Counted from the stretch's first letter, positions 36,902-47,674 are shown. The stretch: 61,467 nt of DNA from Pseudobacteriovorax sp. (GCA_050293845.1 JBNKNM010000016.1:1-61467); one strand, 5' to 3'. Program-made: numbers and translations. Notes: generated by a model not told the origin, from the letters alone.

Positions 36902-39689
36902 AAAGAAAATTGCCATAGCTATTGCTGCACGGTTCGAGCAATCGTTCAATACAGCTTTTTCTACTACTGATGAGAGAATGGCTAAGCTCGGCAGGGAGGG
37001 TCAAAAGCTCAATCGTAGTTTAAAAACAATTGATGCTGTCAATAAGTTAAAAAGTGAGCTGTCAGATCTTAGAAATGAACTTTCGATTTCTGAGAAAAAT
37101 CTCACCGGGACAGAAAGACAATACTCTCATAATGCCAAAAAGGTTGATGAACTAACCAATAAAATTAATGGATTATCAAGAGAGTCAAATGCAGCGCAAA
37201 AGGCATTAGAGCAGAAAAAAGTAAAACTAGTCAATGCAAAGGAAAGATATCGAAATCTATCAAAGGTTATTAGTGAAAGTTCACAAAGGCTTAAAGCTCA
37301 AAAGCAAATAGTTTCGGATGCCAAAGCAAAGTACGAAAATTTAAAAAAGTCTATTTCCGAATCTGGCAATGCAACTCTATTACAGAACAGGGCGTTAATA
37401 GAGGCTGAAGTGGCCCATAGGAAGCATGCTCAGGCTCTTCATGAAGAAAGAGTTAGCTACCGTAAATTAAAATCTGACCAAGATGGTGTCAAAAAAACTG
37501 TAGCCACATTGAATAAAGAATATCAGAAATCTCAAGCGACAATTAAAAAGCAAAAGCTTGAAGTTTCTGGACTCAATAAAGAACTCAAATCTGAAAAGGC
37601 TAATCTTAAAGGTAGCGAGAGAGCTTATAACGAAGCCAAAAAGGAAGTTGATAGCACCACATCGGCAATTAGAAAACAGCATGGATCGCTTGACGAACTT
37701 GTTTCAGGGCTTAAGAAAGCCGGGGTTAACACAAAAAACCTAGCAGGTGAGCAAGATAGACTCTCCAGCGTATTAAAAAAATCCGAGTCACGGCTAGCAA
37801 AACTTGCCAAAAGAGGTGGCCTAGACAAACGCCTCAGCCACTACAAAGGCAAGGCAATGTCTGATGCCTTTAGCCTAGGAGCCAGTGTAGTTGGTGCCGG
37901 AGCTCTTCTAAATCCTGGTCGCAATTTTGAGGATCAGATTGCTAAGGTTGGAGCGATTACTAATGCCACCGATATTCAGTTAAAAGGGCTGGCTAGGACT
38001 GCAAAAGAGTTAGGAAAAGAGAGCTTTTTCTCAGCAAGTGAAGTTGCCGATGCCCAGAGCTTCCTTGGAATGGCAGGATTCACCCCTGATAAGATTCAAA
38101 AATCTATAGCTGGAGTCCTTGACCTAGCCCTATCTGGGGGTAGTGATCTGGCACAGACCGCCGATATAGCCTCGAATATCCTTTCTGGCTTCTCCCTGGA
38201 GGCATCCCAAATGGGGAGAGTGGGCGATGTATTAACGGCTACCTTCACAAGCTCCAATACCACTCTTGAGTCCCTAGGTGAAACCTTAAAGTATGTGGCC
38301 CCTATTGCTTCTAGTACAGGGGCATCAATCGAGCAGGTTGCCGCCGCTGCTGGCCTTCTTGGAGATGTGGGCCTTCAAGGTTCCATGGCTGGTACGGCCT
38401 TAAGGGCGGTATTTAACAGGCTGGCTGCACCTCCCAAAATGGCGCAAAAAGTCTTAGAAGACATGAAAATCAAAACTAAGGACTTTCATGGCAACCTTAA
38501 ACCTGTCCCACAACTATTAAGGGAAGTAGCCGATGCGCTAAAAGGTGTAGGAACAGGCGATGCAGCCGAAGCTATTAAAAAGCTATTTGGTGAAGAGGCA
38601 GCCGCTGGCGCGACCGAATTAATTAAAAAAGCCCAAAGTGGAGAGCTAGATTTTGAGATTAAAAAGCTAGAGCTTGCACCGGCTTTCAGAAAATCTGCCA
38701 ATAGCCTTAAAAGCCTTGGCCCAGAACTTCTTGACAGCCTAGGACTTGAAAAAGAAATGTCACGCCTTGATCTGGTCAAGGGTTTTAAAAAATCTCTTTC
38801 GGGCCTTAACAACAAAGACGTTAAGACAAGAATAGATAAAATATTTTCCTCTGTGGAAGATAAATCACTGCTAATAAAACTATTTACAGATTCGGATGGA
38901 TCTGATTTCGAAAAACTGGCTCAAGATCTTGACAAGGTAAATACAGCACAAGAAGTAGCTGAAAAGCGCACTAGCGCCTCAACAAAGGCACTAAAAAGAC
39001 TAGCTTCTGCTGGAGAAAATATATCTATAGCCCTTGGTGCAACTCTACTTCCAGTTGTTGCTGATTTTGTGGATCTTCTCGCTGATGCGGCAAACGGAGT
39101 GGCATACCTGGCAGAAGAGTTTCCTGTAGTAACCGCTGTGCTAGGTACTGCTACCGCTGCTTTAATAGCAGGAAAGGTTGCATCACTGGCCTATAACGTG
39201 GCTGCTTTAGCCATGGGTACGACATTAAAAGGGGCTACCATTGCTCAAACGGCACTTAACTTTGCCATGAAAATGAACCCCGTAGGAATGGTAGTTGCTG
39301 GTATGGTGGCCTTAGGGTCAGCCGTATATTACACAGTAAAAAACTGGGATAGCCTGAAAAAGACATTTCAAGATTTTTATGATCGCCATATTTCTAAGAT
39401 TGAATATATTGTAAATCTTTTCAAAGATTTTGCAAAATGGACGCCAGGGGGAATCGCTGCAAGGGTTGCAGGCGTGGACTTTAGTGACATTAAGCTTTCC
39501 AAGTTTTCTGATGATGGTAAATCTAGTATTGGTAGTACCAACGCTGGCCCACAAATCACCCAAACTATAGTATTGCAGCAAGGGGAAAATGAATCCGCAG
39601 ACTATACAGCTCAGCGCATTCAGGATGTAACCAAATCACTGTTGACTAATCCCCATAGCTTTCAACTAACAGATCCGGTGGGTATTTAA
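36885..39689 (+). CDS. Tail tape measure protein (TP901-type core)
   Basis: Long coiled coil; 'FSASEVA.A..FL.MAGF', 'DLA.TADIASNIL.GF', 'GSMAGTALR'. Confidence 0.95.
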   Translation: MTTMSKKKIAIAIAARFEQSFNTAFSTTDERMAKLGREGQKLNRSLKTIDAVNKLKSELSDLRNELSISEKNLTGTERQYSHNAKKVDELTNKINGLSRESNAAQKALEQKKVKLVNAKERYRNLSKVISESSQRLKAQKQIVSDAKAKYENLKKSISESGNATLLQNRALIEAEVAHRKHAQALHEERVSYRKLKSDQDGVKKTVATLNKEYQKSQATIKKQKLEVSGLNKELKSEKANLKGSERAYNEAKKEVDSTTSAIRKQHGSLDELVSGLKKAGVNTKNLAGEQDRLSSVLKKSESRLAKLAKRGGLDKRLSHYKGKAMSDAFSLGASVVGAGALLNPGRNFEDQIAKVGAITNATDIQLKGLARTAKELGKESFFSASEVADAQSFLGMAGFTPDKIQKSIAGVLDLALSGGSDLAQTADIASNILSGFSLEASQMGRVGDVLTATFTSSNTTLESLGETLKYVAPIASSTGASIEQVAAAAGLLGDVGLQGSMAGTALRAVFNRLAAPPKMAQKVLEDMKIKTKDFHGNLKPVPQLLREVADALKGVGTGDAAEAIKKLFGEEAAAGATELIKKAQSGELDFEIKKLELAPAFRKSANSLKSLGPELLDSLGLEKEMSRLDLVKGFKKSLSGLNNKDVKTRIDKIFSSVEDKSLLIKLFTDSDGSDFEKLAQDLDKVNTAQEVAEKRTSASTKALKRLASAGENISIALGATLLPVVADFVDLLADAANGVAYLAEEFPVVTAVLGTATAALIAGKVASLAYNVAALAMGTTLKGATIAQTALNFAMKMNPVGMVVAGMVALGSAVYYTVKNWDSLKKTFQDFYDRHISKIEYIVNLFKDFAKWTPGGIAARVAGVDFSDIKLSKFSDDGKSSIGSTNAGPQITQTIVLQQGENESADYTAQRIQDVTKSLLTNPHSFQLTDPVGI

Positions 39690-40102
39690 TGGCTGAAGAT
39701 GTTGTAAAAAAATCATATCTATCGCGATTGGGGGAGTTTGTATTTTCCATTGATGGCACATCATATGATGCCTTTGACCACAATTCATCATATCGGTGGG
39801 CATCCATCGCCATCGTTGGAGGAAAGCCAAAACTCCATTTTATGGGTCCAAATAGCGACAAAGTATTAATTCGTGGAACTCTTTTCCCAACCTTTCGAGG
39901 CGGGTTAGGCCAAATTGAAAAAATGCGAGCACAAGCTGGAAAAGGTGAGCCATTAAGATTTGTAACTACAACAAGCAAGGTAGGTGTCAATCTTGGCAAA
40001 TGGGTTATTAGTTCGATCAAAGAACAAAAGAGTTATTTTTTGCCAAATGGTGTTCCTCGTAAAATTCGCTTTACATTGGAGCTAATTGAATATGGAAACT
40101 AG
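39689..40102 (+). CDS. Tail protein (P2 gpU-like)
   Basis: 'LG.FVFS', 'YRW', 'GP....I.G.L.P', 'LG.WVI', 'G.PRKI.FTL.L'. Confidence 0.9.
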   Translation: MAEDVVKKSYLSRLGEFVFSIDGTSYDAFDHNSSYRWASIAIVGGKPKLHFMGPNSDKVLIRGTLFPTFRGGLGQIEKMRAQAGKGEPLRFVTTTSKVGVNLGKWVISSIKEQKSYFLPNGVPRKIRFTLELIEYGN

Positions 40103-40322
40103 CTATCTGTTAAAAGATGGTGATCGACTTGATGTTATTTGTTTTGATCACTACGGATTTGTTCACGGAGCACTCGAGCAATTGTTAGAAGCTAACGCTG
40201 ATAAGCTTACTTTTTTTGACGACTTGGGAGTATTTTATATCGGTTCTGAATTAGTTAAAATCGTCTTACCTGAAATCGAAAGACCTACTGATATTTCCAC
40301 TGTAGAAAGGTTATTCGATTGA
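40086..40322 (+). CDS. Tail protein X (LysM-like)
   Basis: 'DGD.LD.IC..HYG......LLEAN...I.LP......LFD'. Confidence 0.85.
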   Translation: MNMETSYLLKDGDRLDVICFDHYGFVHGALEQLLEANADKLTFFDDLGVFYIGSELVKIVLPEIERPTDISTVERLFD

Positions 40323-41269
40323 TCCCAAGCTATCGCATCATACTAGATAATAAAAACATTACTGATCGAATTAGTCCTAAACTGGAGTCTCTCACCGTTT
40401 CTGATAATACAGGAGTTGAAACGGATACCGTAGAAATCGTCATTGATGGCAAAAATATAAAGCCACCTGAAGAAAATTCTAAGCTCGAAGTCGCCTTTGG
40501 TTATAAAGATAATCTTATTGATATGGGTCAATTTATCATCAAAAAGACGGTATTGAAGGGACCACCGGATATATTAACTATTACTGGCACAGCCTTGGGA
40601 GCCATGGAGTCAATGACTTCTCAGAGAGCAGAAGTTTGGGAAGAGACCAGTGTCGCAGAGATTATAGAAACCATTGCATCTAGAAATAATTTAGTGGCTA
40701 GAGTAGCTCAAATTTATCAGAATATTACGATCAATCATATCGACCAACAAGAATCTGATAACGCTTTTTTAAAGCGTCTTTCAGACGATTATAACGGTAT
40801 ATTTAAACCTATTAGTGGATATCTTGTTTTTGTAGAAAAAGGATCTTCAAAAACAGCAAGTGGAGCTCTTTTACCACAGGTCTCTGTTACTAAGCACATT
40901 GACCATAACTACAGCAACGGCAAATCTAATGCCTACACAGGGGTTAGGACCTTCTGGTGGGATGATGAAGAAGAGAAAAGAAAATCTGTACTAGTTGGAT
41001 CAGCCGGAAACGTTTATCAACACAGATTTAATTTACGCGATGAAGCGACTGCGAAAAGTGTTGCCGAATCAAAATTCAAAAAAATCAAGCGGGTCGGACG
41101 CAAACTCATGATTAGCGTGGAGGGTAAACCACAATACTCATGTGAGCGGATCTGCAATGTTAAAAACGTCAGCCCAGAGATTGATGGCAAATGGTTAATT
41201 ACAAGTGTGAAGCATGTGATTAATTCCAGTGGTTATATTTCAAGAATCGAATTTGAGAATTTGGAGTGA
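40319..41269 (+). CDS. Late control / baseplate hub protein (P2 gpD-like)
   Basis: 'L.SLT..D..G.E.D', 'GPPD...I', 'HIDQ.ESD..FL.RL', 'TASG..LP', 'DG.W.I..V.H'. Confidence 0.92.
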   Translation: MIPSYRIILDNKNITDRISPKLESLTVSDNTGVETDTVEIVIDGKNIKPPEENSKLEVAFGYKDNLIDMGQFIIKKTVLKGPPDILTITGTALGAMESMTSQRAEVWEETSVAEIIETIASRNNLVARVAQIYQNITINHIDQQESDNAFLKRLSDDYNGIFKPISGYLVFVEKGSSKTASGALLPQVSVTKHIDHNYSNGKSNAYTGVRTFWWDDEEEKRKSVLVGSAGNVYQHRFNLRDEATAKSVAESKFKKIKRVGRKLMISVEGKPQYSCERICNVKNVSPEIDGKWLITSVKHVINSSGYISRIEFENLE

Positions 41270-42397
41270 GTGTTAATGAGAAAAAATTTTTTAACTGTAA
41301 TTTTACTTTTAATGGCAAGTCTAGGTTTTGGAGCTACTTTTAAACCCGACCGCGACATCGAGGACAACACCGAGACCTCGGACATTTATAACACCTACGA
41401 CGGAGAATCGCTTATTATTAGGCGTAAACCATCCGGTATTGGTGTTTGTGTAAATAAAGATCAATGTCCAGCAACAGTGATTATTGATTCTGATTCGGGT
41501 GATACTGATGTTCGGGGTAACGTTAATGTGAAAAGTCTTTATATTGGGAAAAGCCCTGTTATAAACCAAACAGGTCAATGGGTCGGTCCCATTGATAACC
41601 TCAAGGGTGACAAGGGAGATAAAGGGGATAAGGGAGATCCTGGTGAGCCATGTACAATTGTTGGTAGCGAAATGGTTTGTGGATCAGTCAGAGTGCCGAT
41701 TTCATCCTTAAAAGGCCCCAAGGGGGATAAAGGAGATCCTGGTCCGGCTGGACCTACTGGACCAAGTGGTCCACGAGGCCCTGAAGGTGATCCTGGAACA
41801 GATGGAGCTCCGGGCGGTAAGGGAGACCCTGGTCCCAAGGGGGAGCAAGGAGATCCTGGCCCTAAAGGTCCCAAAGGAGACCCAGGGAAAGACGGTGAAA
41901 AAGGAGAAAGAGGCGAGCCAGGAGCAGATGGCATCGATGGTGATGATTGCAGCCTAGCTGTTGATACATCAAGTAATGTAAGGGTTAAGTGCGGATCGGG
42001 TCCAACTTCCCATAATCTTGTAGGACCACAAGGGCCACAAGGAGAAACGGGTGAAACTGGAGATCGTGGCCCAGCTGGCGAAAGCTGCATCGAAGGAGCA
42101 TCAATTTATCCTGCTTGTCTGAACTCTTTTACTAACAATACGATGTTTTATACAACAGAGGGCACTAATAACCCTAGTCAATGTTCGGGTAATACAGCAA
42201 TACTCACGCTAAGATGTAATAGAGGTTACATGCTATATGCTAACTGCAGCACAGTAACAACACAAATGGCTTATCAAGGATTTGAGCGTATTTCACAAGG
42301 TGAAGTTGATTGCAAATTCTGGCTCAAAAGTGGATCTCAGTGTCCTGATGAAAGAATCGAGTATTCTTACGTATGCACCGAGTTTAATGTTTGGTAG
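41270..42397 (+). CDS. Collagen-like (Gly-X-Y) protein with signal-peptide-like N-terminus and Cys-rich C-terminus; fibre/adhesin candidate
   Basis: Three Gly-X-Y blocks; MRKNFLTVILLLMASLGFG N-terminus. Confidence 0.8.
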   Translation: MLMRKNFLTVILLLMASLGFGATFKPDRDIEDNTETSDIYNTYDGESLIIRRKPSGIGVCVNKDQCPATVIIDSDSGDTDVRGNVNVKSLYIGKSPVINQTGQWVGPIDNLKGDKGDKGDKGDPGEPCTIVGSEMVCGSVRVPISSLKGPKGDKGDPGPAGPTGPSGPRGPEGDPGTDGAPGGKGDPGPKGEQGDPGPKGPKGDPGKDGEKGERGEPGADGIDGDDCSLAVDTSSNVRVKCGSGPTSHNLVGPQGPQGETGETGDRGPAGESCIEGASIYPACLNSFTNNTMFYTTEGTNNPSQCSGNTAILTLRCNRGYMLYANCSTVTTQMAYQGFERISQGEVDCKFWLKSGSQCPDERIEYSYVCTEFNVW

Positions 42398-42852
42398 GAG
42401 CTTTCTCGATGAATCAACTCCTTATTGATATAGCAAGAAATGAGCTTGGTACCCAAGAGGTACCGGGCTCAATCCACAACCCTCGAATCCTTTACTACGC
42501 TAAGTGTTCCGGGCTTGATTGGGTAAAAAATGATGAAACCAGCTGGTGTGGAATTTTTCTCAGTTTTTGCATGACTGAGATTCCAGAATTTATGAGGCCT
42601 GAGTGGCCCAAAGCAAAAGCAGCTACGGCTAGGCAGTGGCTTAATTTTGGAGTTGATGTGCCGCTAGATAAGGCAAAGCCAGGGGATATTGTGGTCTTCT
42701 GGAGAGAAAGCCCTGAATCGTGGAAAGGGCATTGCGCTCTTTATCTTGATCAGGATTCTGATCGAATATTTTGTCTTGGTGGTAATCAAGGCAATGCTGT
42801 TAGTGAGAAGTGGTATGGGAAAGATCGGATTTTAGGGATTCGGAGGTACTGA
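42391..42852 (+). CDS. TIGR02594-like NlpC/P60/CHAP peptidoglycan hydrolase (putative endolysin)
   Basis: 'G..E.PG..HNPRI..Y', 'DET.WC..F', 'AR.WL.FG', 'GDIVVFWR', 'GH', 'LGGNQ.N.V'. Confidence 0.88.
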   Translation: MVGAFSMNQLLIDIARNELGTQEVPGSIHNPRILYYAKCSGLDWVKNDETSWCGIFLSFCMTEIPEFMRPEWPKAKAATARQWLNFGVDVPLDKAKPGDIVVFWRESPESWKGHCALYLDQDSDRIFCLGGNQGNAVSEKWYGKDRILGIRRY

Positions 42853-42880
42853 TCAAATTATCCAAGAATATTTTAGCTTT

Positions 42881-44353
42881 TCTGCAAGAATTAAAATATG
42901 CAGAAATTTTCGGCCAATATCTATCCCAAAGCCAAATAGAGAAGCCTCTCCATTCTTACCGCTAGTAGATAAGGTAATATATGAGCTATATCAAACTATG
43001 TATGCTCCAAATAGTAACTTAGAACTACAAAGATTATTCAAATATTTTGAATATTAAGTAGCTATCAATTCGGTCTAAAAAATGCATCTTGCTACTAGAA
43101 TTTATATTTAAAAATTACAAAATCGCAACATTGAGCGCTGTATGAAATCTAACATTCTTGAAATAGACAAATGTAAAGATCTTGTATTGATTGCAGAAGA
43201 CAATTTAGATTTAGCGGAAATGCTAAAATATTCTATTGAGAGTTTAGGGAAATTCGAGTGTTTAATAGCTCATACTGGAAGAGCCGCCTCTGAGATTCTT
43301 ATGAAAGAAAATATTGCTCTTGTTATTACCGATATCAGTATGCCAGGGGGAGGAGGGGAGAGAGTTTTAGCTGAAGCAGCAGTCAAAGGTATTCTGAGCT
43401 ATGTATTGTCGGCACAGAGTAATTTAGAATATTTAAAGAAGATCGGAGCTGAAATGGTTTTTAGAAAGCCTTTTGAGACTGGTGCTCTTTTCGAAGCAAT
43501 AAAAGACCTGTAATTCTTACTATCAGCAATTCATTATCCAGAAATCTGATCAATGCTTACTGCAAAGGGGGGTCTGCAAATAATTAATATATGCAGCAGC
43601 TTTTTATACACCAAAAAAATGAGTCAATAAATAACCACAAGCAAGAGTCGCGCTGGAGTTGCTAGATATCGGGCTTAACTAGCTGGAAATATTCGATTAT
43701 CCAAAGAATATCTTAGTTGCCTGCAAGATTTTATAAGTTGCAGAAATAGAATGACTGAGCATGGACTGTGAACTAGAATATGTCTGCAAGATTTGATATT
43801 TGCAGGGAAGCCCAATAGAACCTAAGGTAACCGCTCTTTTGCAGTTACCTCGAAAAACTATACTGTAATATTGTTGAGAACATCTTAATCAACCTTAAAC
43901 CATTTGTATCGTTAAGGAAACTGAATTTATGAGTACATATCCTTAGGTGATTTCATGTCTGTTAATAGTACCGGTGGAGTTACCAATTATCATGTCTTAA
44001 TATACTGATAATAAAGAATTATTTCTAAGTTATCCAAGCTCGCTGCAAGAATTAAAAGTCGCAGATAGCAGGAAGATGTCCAAAGTCCTAAGTGGGGGAT
44101 AACATCTGCAGGAACTTTAAAATTGCAGATGGATTAAATTAGAACATATTGTCATAATATTTTGTTCACAGATGTGCGTCACGCTGGCAATTGCACTCTG
44201 CAGCAATAATTGAACTGTTGCAAACGCTGCATGTTCTTATTATTTGCAGACTGTCCAATGACTATCTGACGCTTGTCTATCCATTCGTCTGCAGCTTTAA
44301 AATCTTGCAGATCTGATGTCTTATAGAGTCTGCAATAATATATAAGTTGCAGA
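42881..44353. repeat. Array of ~10 CTGCA-N12/13-TGCAG palindromes with AT-rich spacers
   Basis: Copies at ~42881, 43573, 43720, 43783, 44042, 44105, 44201 (degenerate), 44226, 44288, 44329. Confidence 0.85.
43142..43513 (+). CDS. Single-domain response regulator (CheY-like receiver)
   Basis: 'LIAEDN', 'VITDISMPG..G', 'LSA', 'GA.....KPF'. Confidence 0.9.
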   Translation: MKSNILEIDKCKDLVLIAEDNLDLAEMLKYSIESLGKFECLIAHTGRAASEILMKENIALVITDISMPGGGGERVLAEAAVKGILSYVLSAQSNLEYLKKIGAEMVFRKPFETGALFEAIKDL

Positions 44354-44962
44354 CAGCTTAGAGTGAATGCTTTAGACAAAATACTAATGTTTATTAATCA
44401 CCATACAAATTCTTACCGAGAATTATTTTGTAATAATTTTAATAGGATAATCGATCATCAAACCCTCGCAATTTATGAATTCCCCTGATTAGAAATCAAA
44501 AACCAAACCCTTGAATTCGTCCTAATGAAATGGTCAATATCCCGCTATGTCCAGATTTTAAAGGATGATTTAATTTTAAACAGAAAAACGTAGCGACAAT
44601 CTAATAGGCAGCAAAATCTCATCACTTAGATAAATCTCGCTAGTTTTAGGCCAAGTTGGTATTTTTTCAAATGGTGAATCACACTATTAACCATGATTTT
44701 TTAAATTCTGTAGTAGAACTTTTAGATATTTTATTCTTTATGAAGTCAAACAACCTTTCAATAAATCGATTCAATTAGAATTCTCATTGAATCTCTTTAT
44801 AGAAAAATTCTTGAGTGAAATAATTTTAAAAATTTAACTAAATACATCGGCTTAAGAAATTCCTTAAGGAACAAAACATCATCAACGATAGTACAAACAT
44901 ACAATATTTCTGCATGATTTGTATGAAATAATGTGAGAAACATTTTTTAGATCGAGAAGTAA

Positions 44963-45934
44963 ATGAGCAAAAATATTCTTATTGTCGTTTCTTTATTAAT
45001 AGCTTTCCTAGGGTGTGGTACCCAAAAGGGTCCAGAAGAGACTTATGGAACCTGTAATGGCATTGAAATGACAAAAGCAGAAATTAAAGGATTCATTGAT
45101 CAATCCTATGCCATCATTGGAAGTTACAATCAGACGTCGTATGATATGGTGGATATGCTACAAAGCTTGCTTACCAACATCGTTCTCAATGGAATTGATT
45201 TTTCTGCATCCGCAAAGGATTATGAACTGACATTCCAAGAAGGAGTTTATTCTGTAGAATCTACTAAGAGTCCCGCATCGATTTTACTCACACTTTATCG
45301 CGACGATGCTGTTCTAGAATATAATCTTTTCTCCTTAGATAGCTATCTAACTGATATTAATACAGACTTAGTAAATCAAACATACACTGCAGAAAAGGGA
45401 CCTCTTTATGAGATGATTCAAAGCCCCCCACCACTGCAAGGGCCTTTGACATTAGATCTCTTCAATAGCTTGAAAATTGACAGTACCGACTTATACTTTT
45501 CCATGAAATCGGAAAATACTAGCGAGGGTGGCTATGGCGGTTACCTTACTGTCATCATGGAGACTTCAATACTTTCTGCATCAGAAGTTATTAATGAAAT
45601 GAATAGTGTAACTGGAGTTAGCTTCAATTTTAATGGCACTAATTACATTGATAAGTCAACTGATACAGATCAGCAATTTTTTGATACTGAGCTTTCAGTT
45701 ACAACTGATGAAATCGGAGCTTACTGGCTTGGTGAGTTTAATTCTACACTGAGGAGAGGAGAGATAACCTTTGCTGTGAATGGCGCTGTATCCACTAGGA
45801 AGCAAAATAGTATTTATTACTCTTGTGCTGAATCAGGTGAGGAGTTTGGAGAAATGTATAAAATTTTTCCTAAGTCAATTGATCCTTTTTGGAGGTTTAA
45901 ATTCACAAAGGCCGGTTGGGAATGGGATTTATAA
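44963..45934 (+). CDS. Lipoprotein, unknown function
   Basis: Lipobox FLGC. Confidence 0.75.
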   Translation: MSKNILIVVSLLIAFLGCGTQKGPEETYGTCNGIEMTKAEIKGFIDQSYAIIGSYNQTSYDMVDMLQSLLTNIVLNGIDFSASAKDYELTFQEGVYSVESTKSPASILLTLYRDDAVLEYNLFSLDSYLTDINTDLVNQTYTAEKGPLYEMIQSPPPLQGPLTLDLFNSLKIDSTDLYFSMKSENTSEGGYGGYLTVIMETSILSASEVINEMNSVTGVSFNFNGTNYIDKSTDTDQQFFDTELSVTTDEIGAYWLGEFNSTLRRGEITFAVNGAVSTRKQNSIYYSCAESGEEFGEMYKIFPKSIDPFWRFKFTKAGWEWDL

Positions 45935-46137
45935 ATATTGGTGACATGAAACTAAGTGAAGCACAAGCTTGGGCCCGAAAAAAGTCAAGAAGAAGCTAGT
46001 CACAAGGGGGCAAAAAGTAGGTATTCAGCTCGGGATGGTTTGACCTTGAAACTGATCTTTCACCACATTCTCCATTCTGTGTGGGGTTAGTTATACCCTG
46101 TACAGCTATGGAGGGGAACCCATCACCTCTAACATGA

Positions 46138-46520
46138 GTAATTTTTGGAATTCCCGCATCAGACTGGAATAGGAAGCTTCCCCTTATTATATAGCAGTTT
46201 CGTGCCCAAGATGGGTAAACATACTGTTTTTTAGATCCAAAATTTTTAATGAAAATTAACCGCCTTTCAATAAGGAAACGATCGTTAGAAGATCGAGTCT
46301 ATCAATAGGAAAATGGTCGGATTTTATATTGATATATCATTAAAATAAATTCAAAATATGGTATTCGTATTGCCCATCCCTGGGTGGTCGCTTCCAGGTA
46401 AAATTTGACGAAATGTTTCAATCTCTAAATGACCTCAAAACTACTTAAAAATGGTCGTTAACTAACTAATATTACGTTAAAATACCTTAATACAGTCTGA
46501 TGCGGGAATTCCGAAATTAC
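46138..46520. repeat. Inverted repeat pair (20-bp perfect core, ~28 bp) flanking ~326 bp
   Basis: GGAATTCCCGCATCAGACTG ending at 46166 versus CAGTCTGATGCGGGAATTCC starting at 46493. Confidence 0.85.
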
Positions 46521-46670
46521 CCTATCTCTCCAAGGAATACTTCTCCCACTTGGCTCTGGAGGATCTTTTTGGACCCGATGTGAAGCCAGATCATTTTAAT
46601 CAAAACACCCTGGCACATGAACAGTTTTCGACTATAGGTTTTTCTATTCAGTAGACTTAGGAGACAATTT

Positions 46671-47087
46671 ATGAAATTACCATTTTCCATTTTAGTGATT
46701 TTTATGTTGGTATCCTGTGGAAGTAGAAGAGGGTCTTGCATGGTGACCAACACAATTCAATGTATGAAGGATGCAAATACTAGATTGCTAGTTTTATTCG
46801 AAGATGTAAAAGTAGCTGACGACAAGCCTATCGATGAGTGCCCAGGAATAGTCGAAAGCTATTCCGTAGACCTTGCAAGGGATTATGAAGTTAGGTGCGT
46901 AGTTGGAGGGTTTGAACCTCCAGCAACTATCAATACTAATTCAGATGGTTCAGATGAGATTAGTTGTGCTAGCAATGGTTTATCGATAAGCTATATTTTA
47001 GGGGATGAAAGCTCGATTTATGAAACAAGTGACAGTCAATCTGAACAAATTCAATGTACAAAATATAAGGGTCACTATGAGACTTAA
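46671..47087 (+). CDS. Cys-rich lipoprotein
   Basis: AGGAG RBS; lipobox LVSC. Confidence 0.75.
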   Translation: MKLPFSILVIFMLVSCGSRRGSCMVTNTIQCMKDANTRLLVLFEDVKVADDKPIDECPGIVESYSVDLARDYEVRCVVGGFEPPATINTNSDGSDEISCASNGLSISYILGDESSIYETSDSQSEQIQCTKYKGHYET

Positions 47088-47287
47088 TTTTCTCGTTTGA
47101 AGCGACTACAAAAAATTCGTGGAAGATTTTGTATGGTGATTATTAAACTGATGTTTTTTGTCTGACTTAAATATCTATATATACTAGAAATTTTCTTGAT
47201 CTCGTATTTTTGGGCAATCTGAACTTAATTGTTTTATTGCGTTCCGTTTGGCAATGGATAAATATACGGATAAAGGAGGGTCCTACG

Positions 47288-47674
47288 GTGTTACAGTGGG
47301 AAGAACATGAGTTTATTCATTGCCTGGAATCTGATTCATTCTTCGAAGAAGACACTATGATCTACTATTTTAATGTTAAGGGCTGCGATGTAGATTTAGA
47401 TGTAGCAGTATCTCCTTATGAAAGTTTTGTGTCTCTTCATTTAAGATCAAAAAAAACAGCCGACTTGATAACTAGCCACTGCTTCCTTGTTACTGATGGG
47501 ACATCGTACAGAAAAAAAGAAGAAACAATGGTGCTTAAAGGTTGTATACCAATCGATGATGAATTCTATCGATCACACTTCGCAGTTGATGACTTGCCTA
47601 GGGGCTATCGATTCGATGTAACCTTTGGGATTAAGCCAGAGATATTCATCCATCAAGTGCTTTGTAGCTTCTAA
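47288..47674 (+). CDS. Hypothetical protein
   Basis: AAGGAGG RBS before GTG 47288 within ORF 47210..47674. Confidence 0.6.
   Translation: MLQWEEHEFIHCLESDSFFEEDTMIYYFNVKGCDVDLDVAVSPYESFVSLHLRSKKTADLITSHCFLVTDGTSYRKKEETMVLKGCIPIDDEFYRSHFAVDDLPRGYRFDVTFGIKPEIFIHQVLCSF

Noticed and set aside
41575..42090. Minus-strand Pro/Gly/Ser repeat ORF
   Set aside because: Antisense shadow of the collagen-like gene
42857..44040. TTATCCA motifs as true DnaA boxes
   Set aside because: None matches TTATCCACA fully; noted only as part of the palindrome array context
42881..44353. CRISPR array
   Set aside because: The internal sequence of the repeats varies, spacing is irregular, and no cas genes are visible
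46493..46545. Hammerhead ribozyme (CTGATGC...GAAA)
   Set aside because: Core deviates from CUGANGA, stems I and III cannot be closed convincingly, and the inverted copy lacks GAAA
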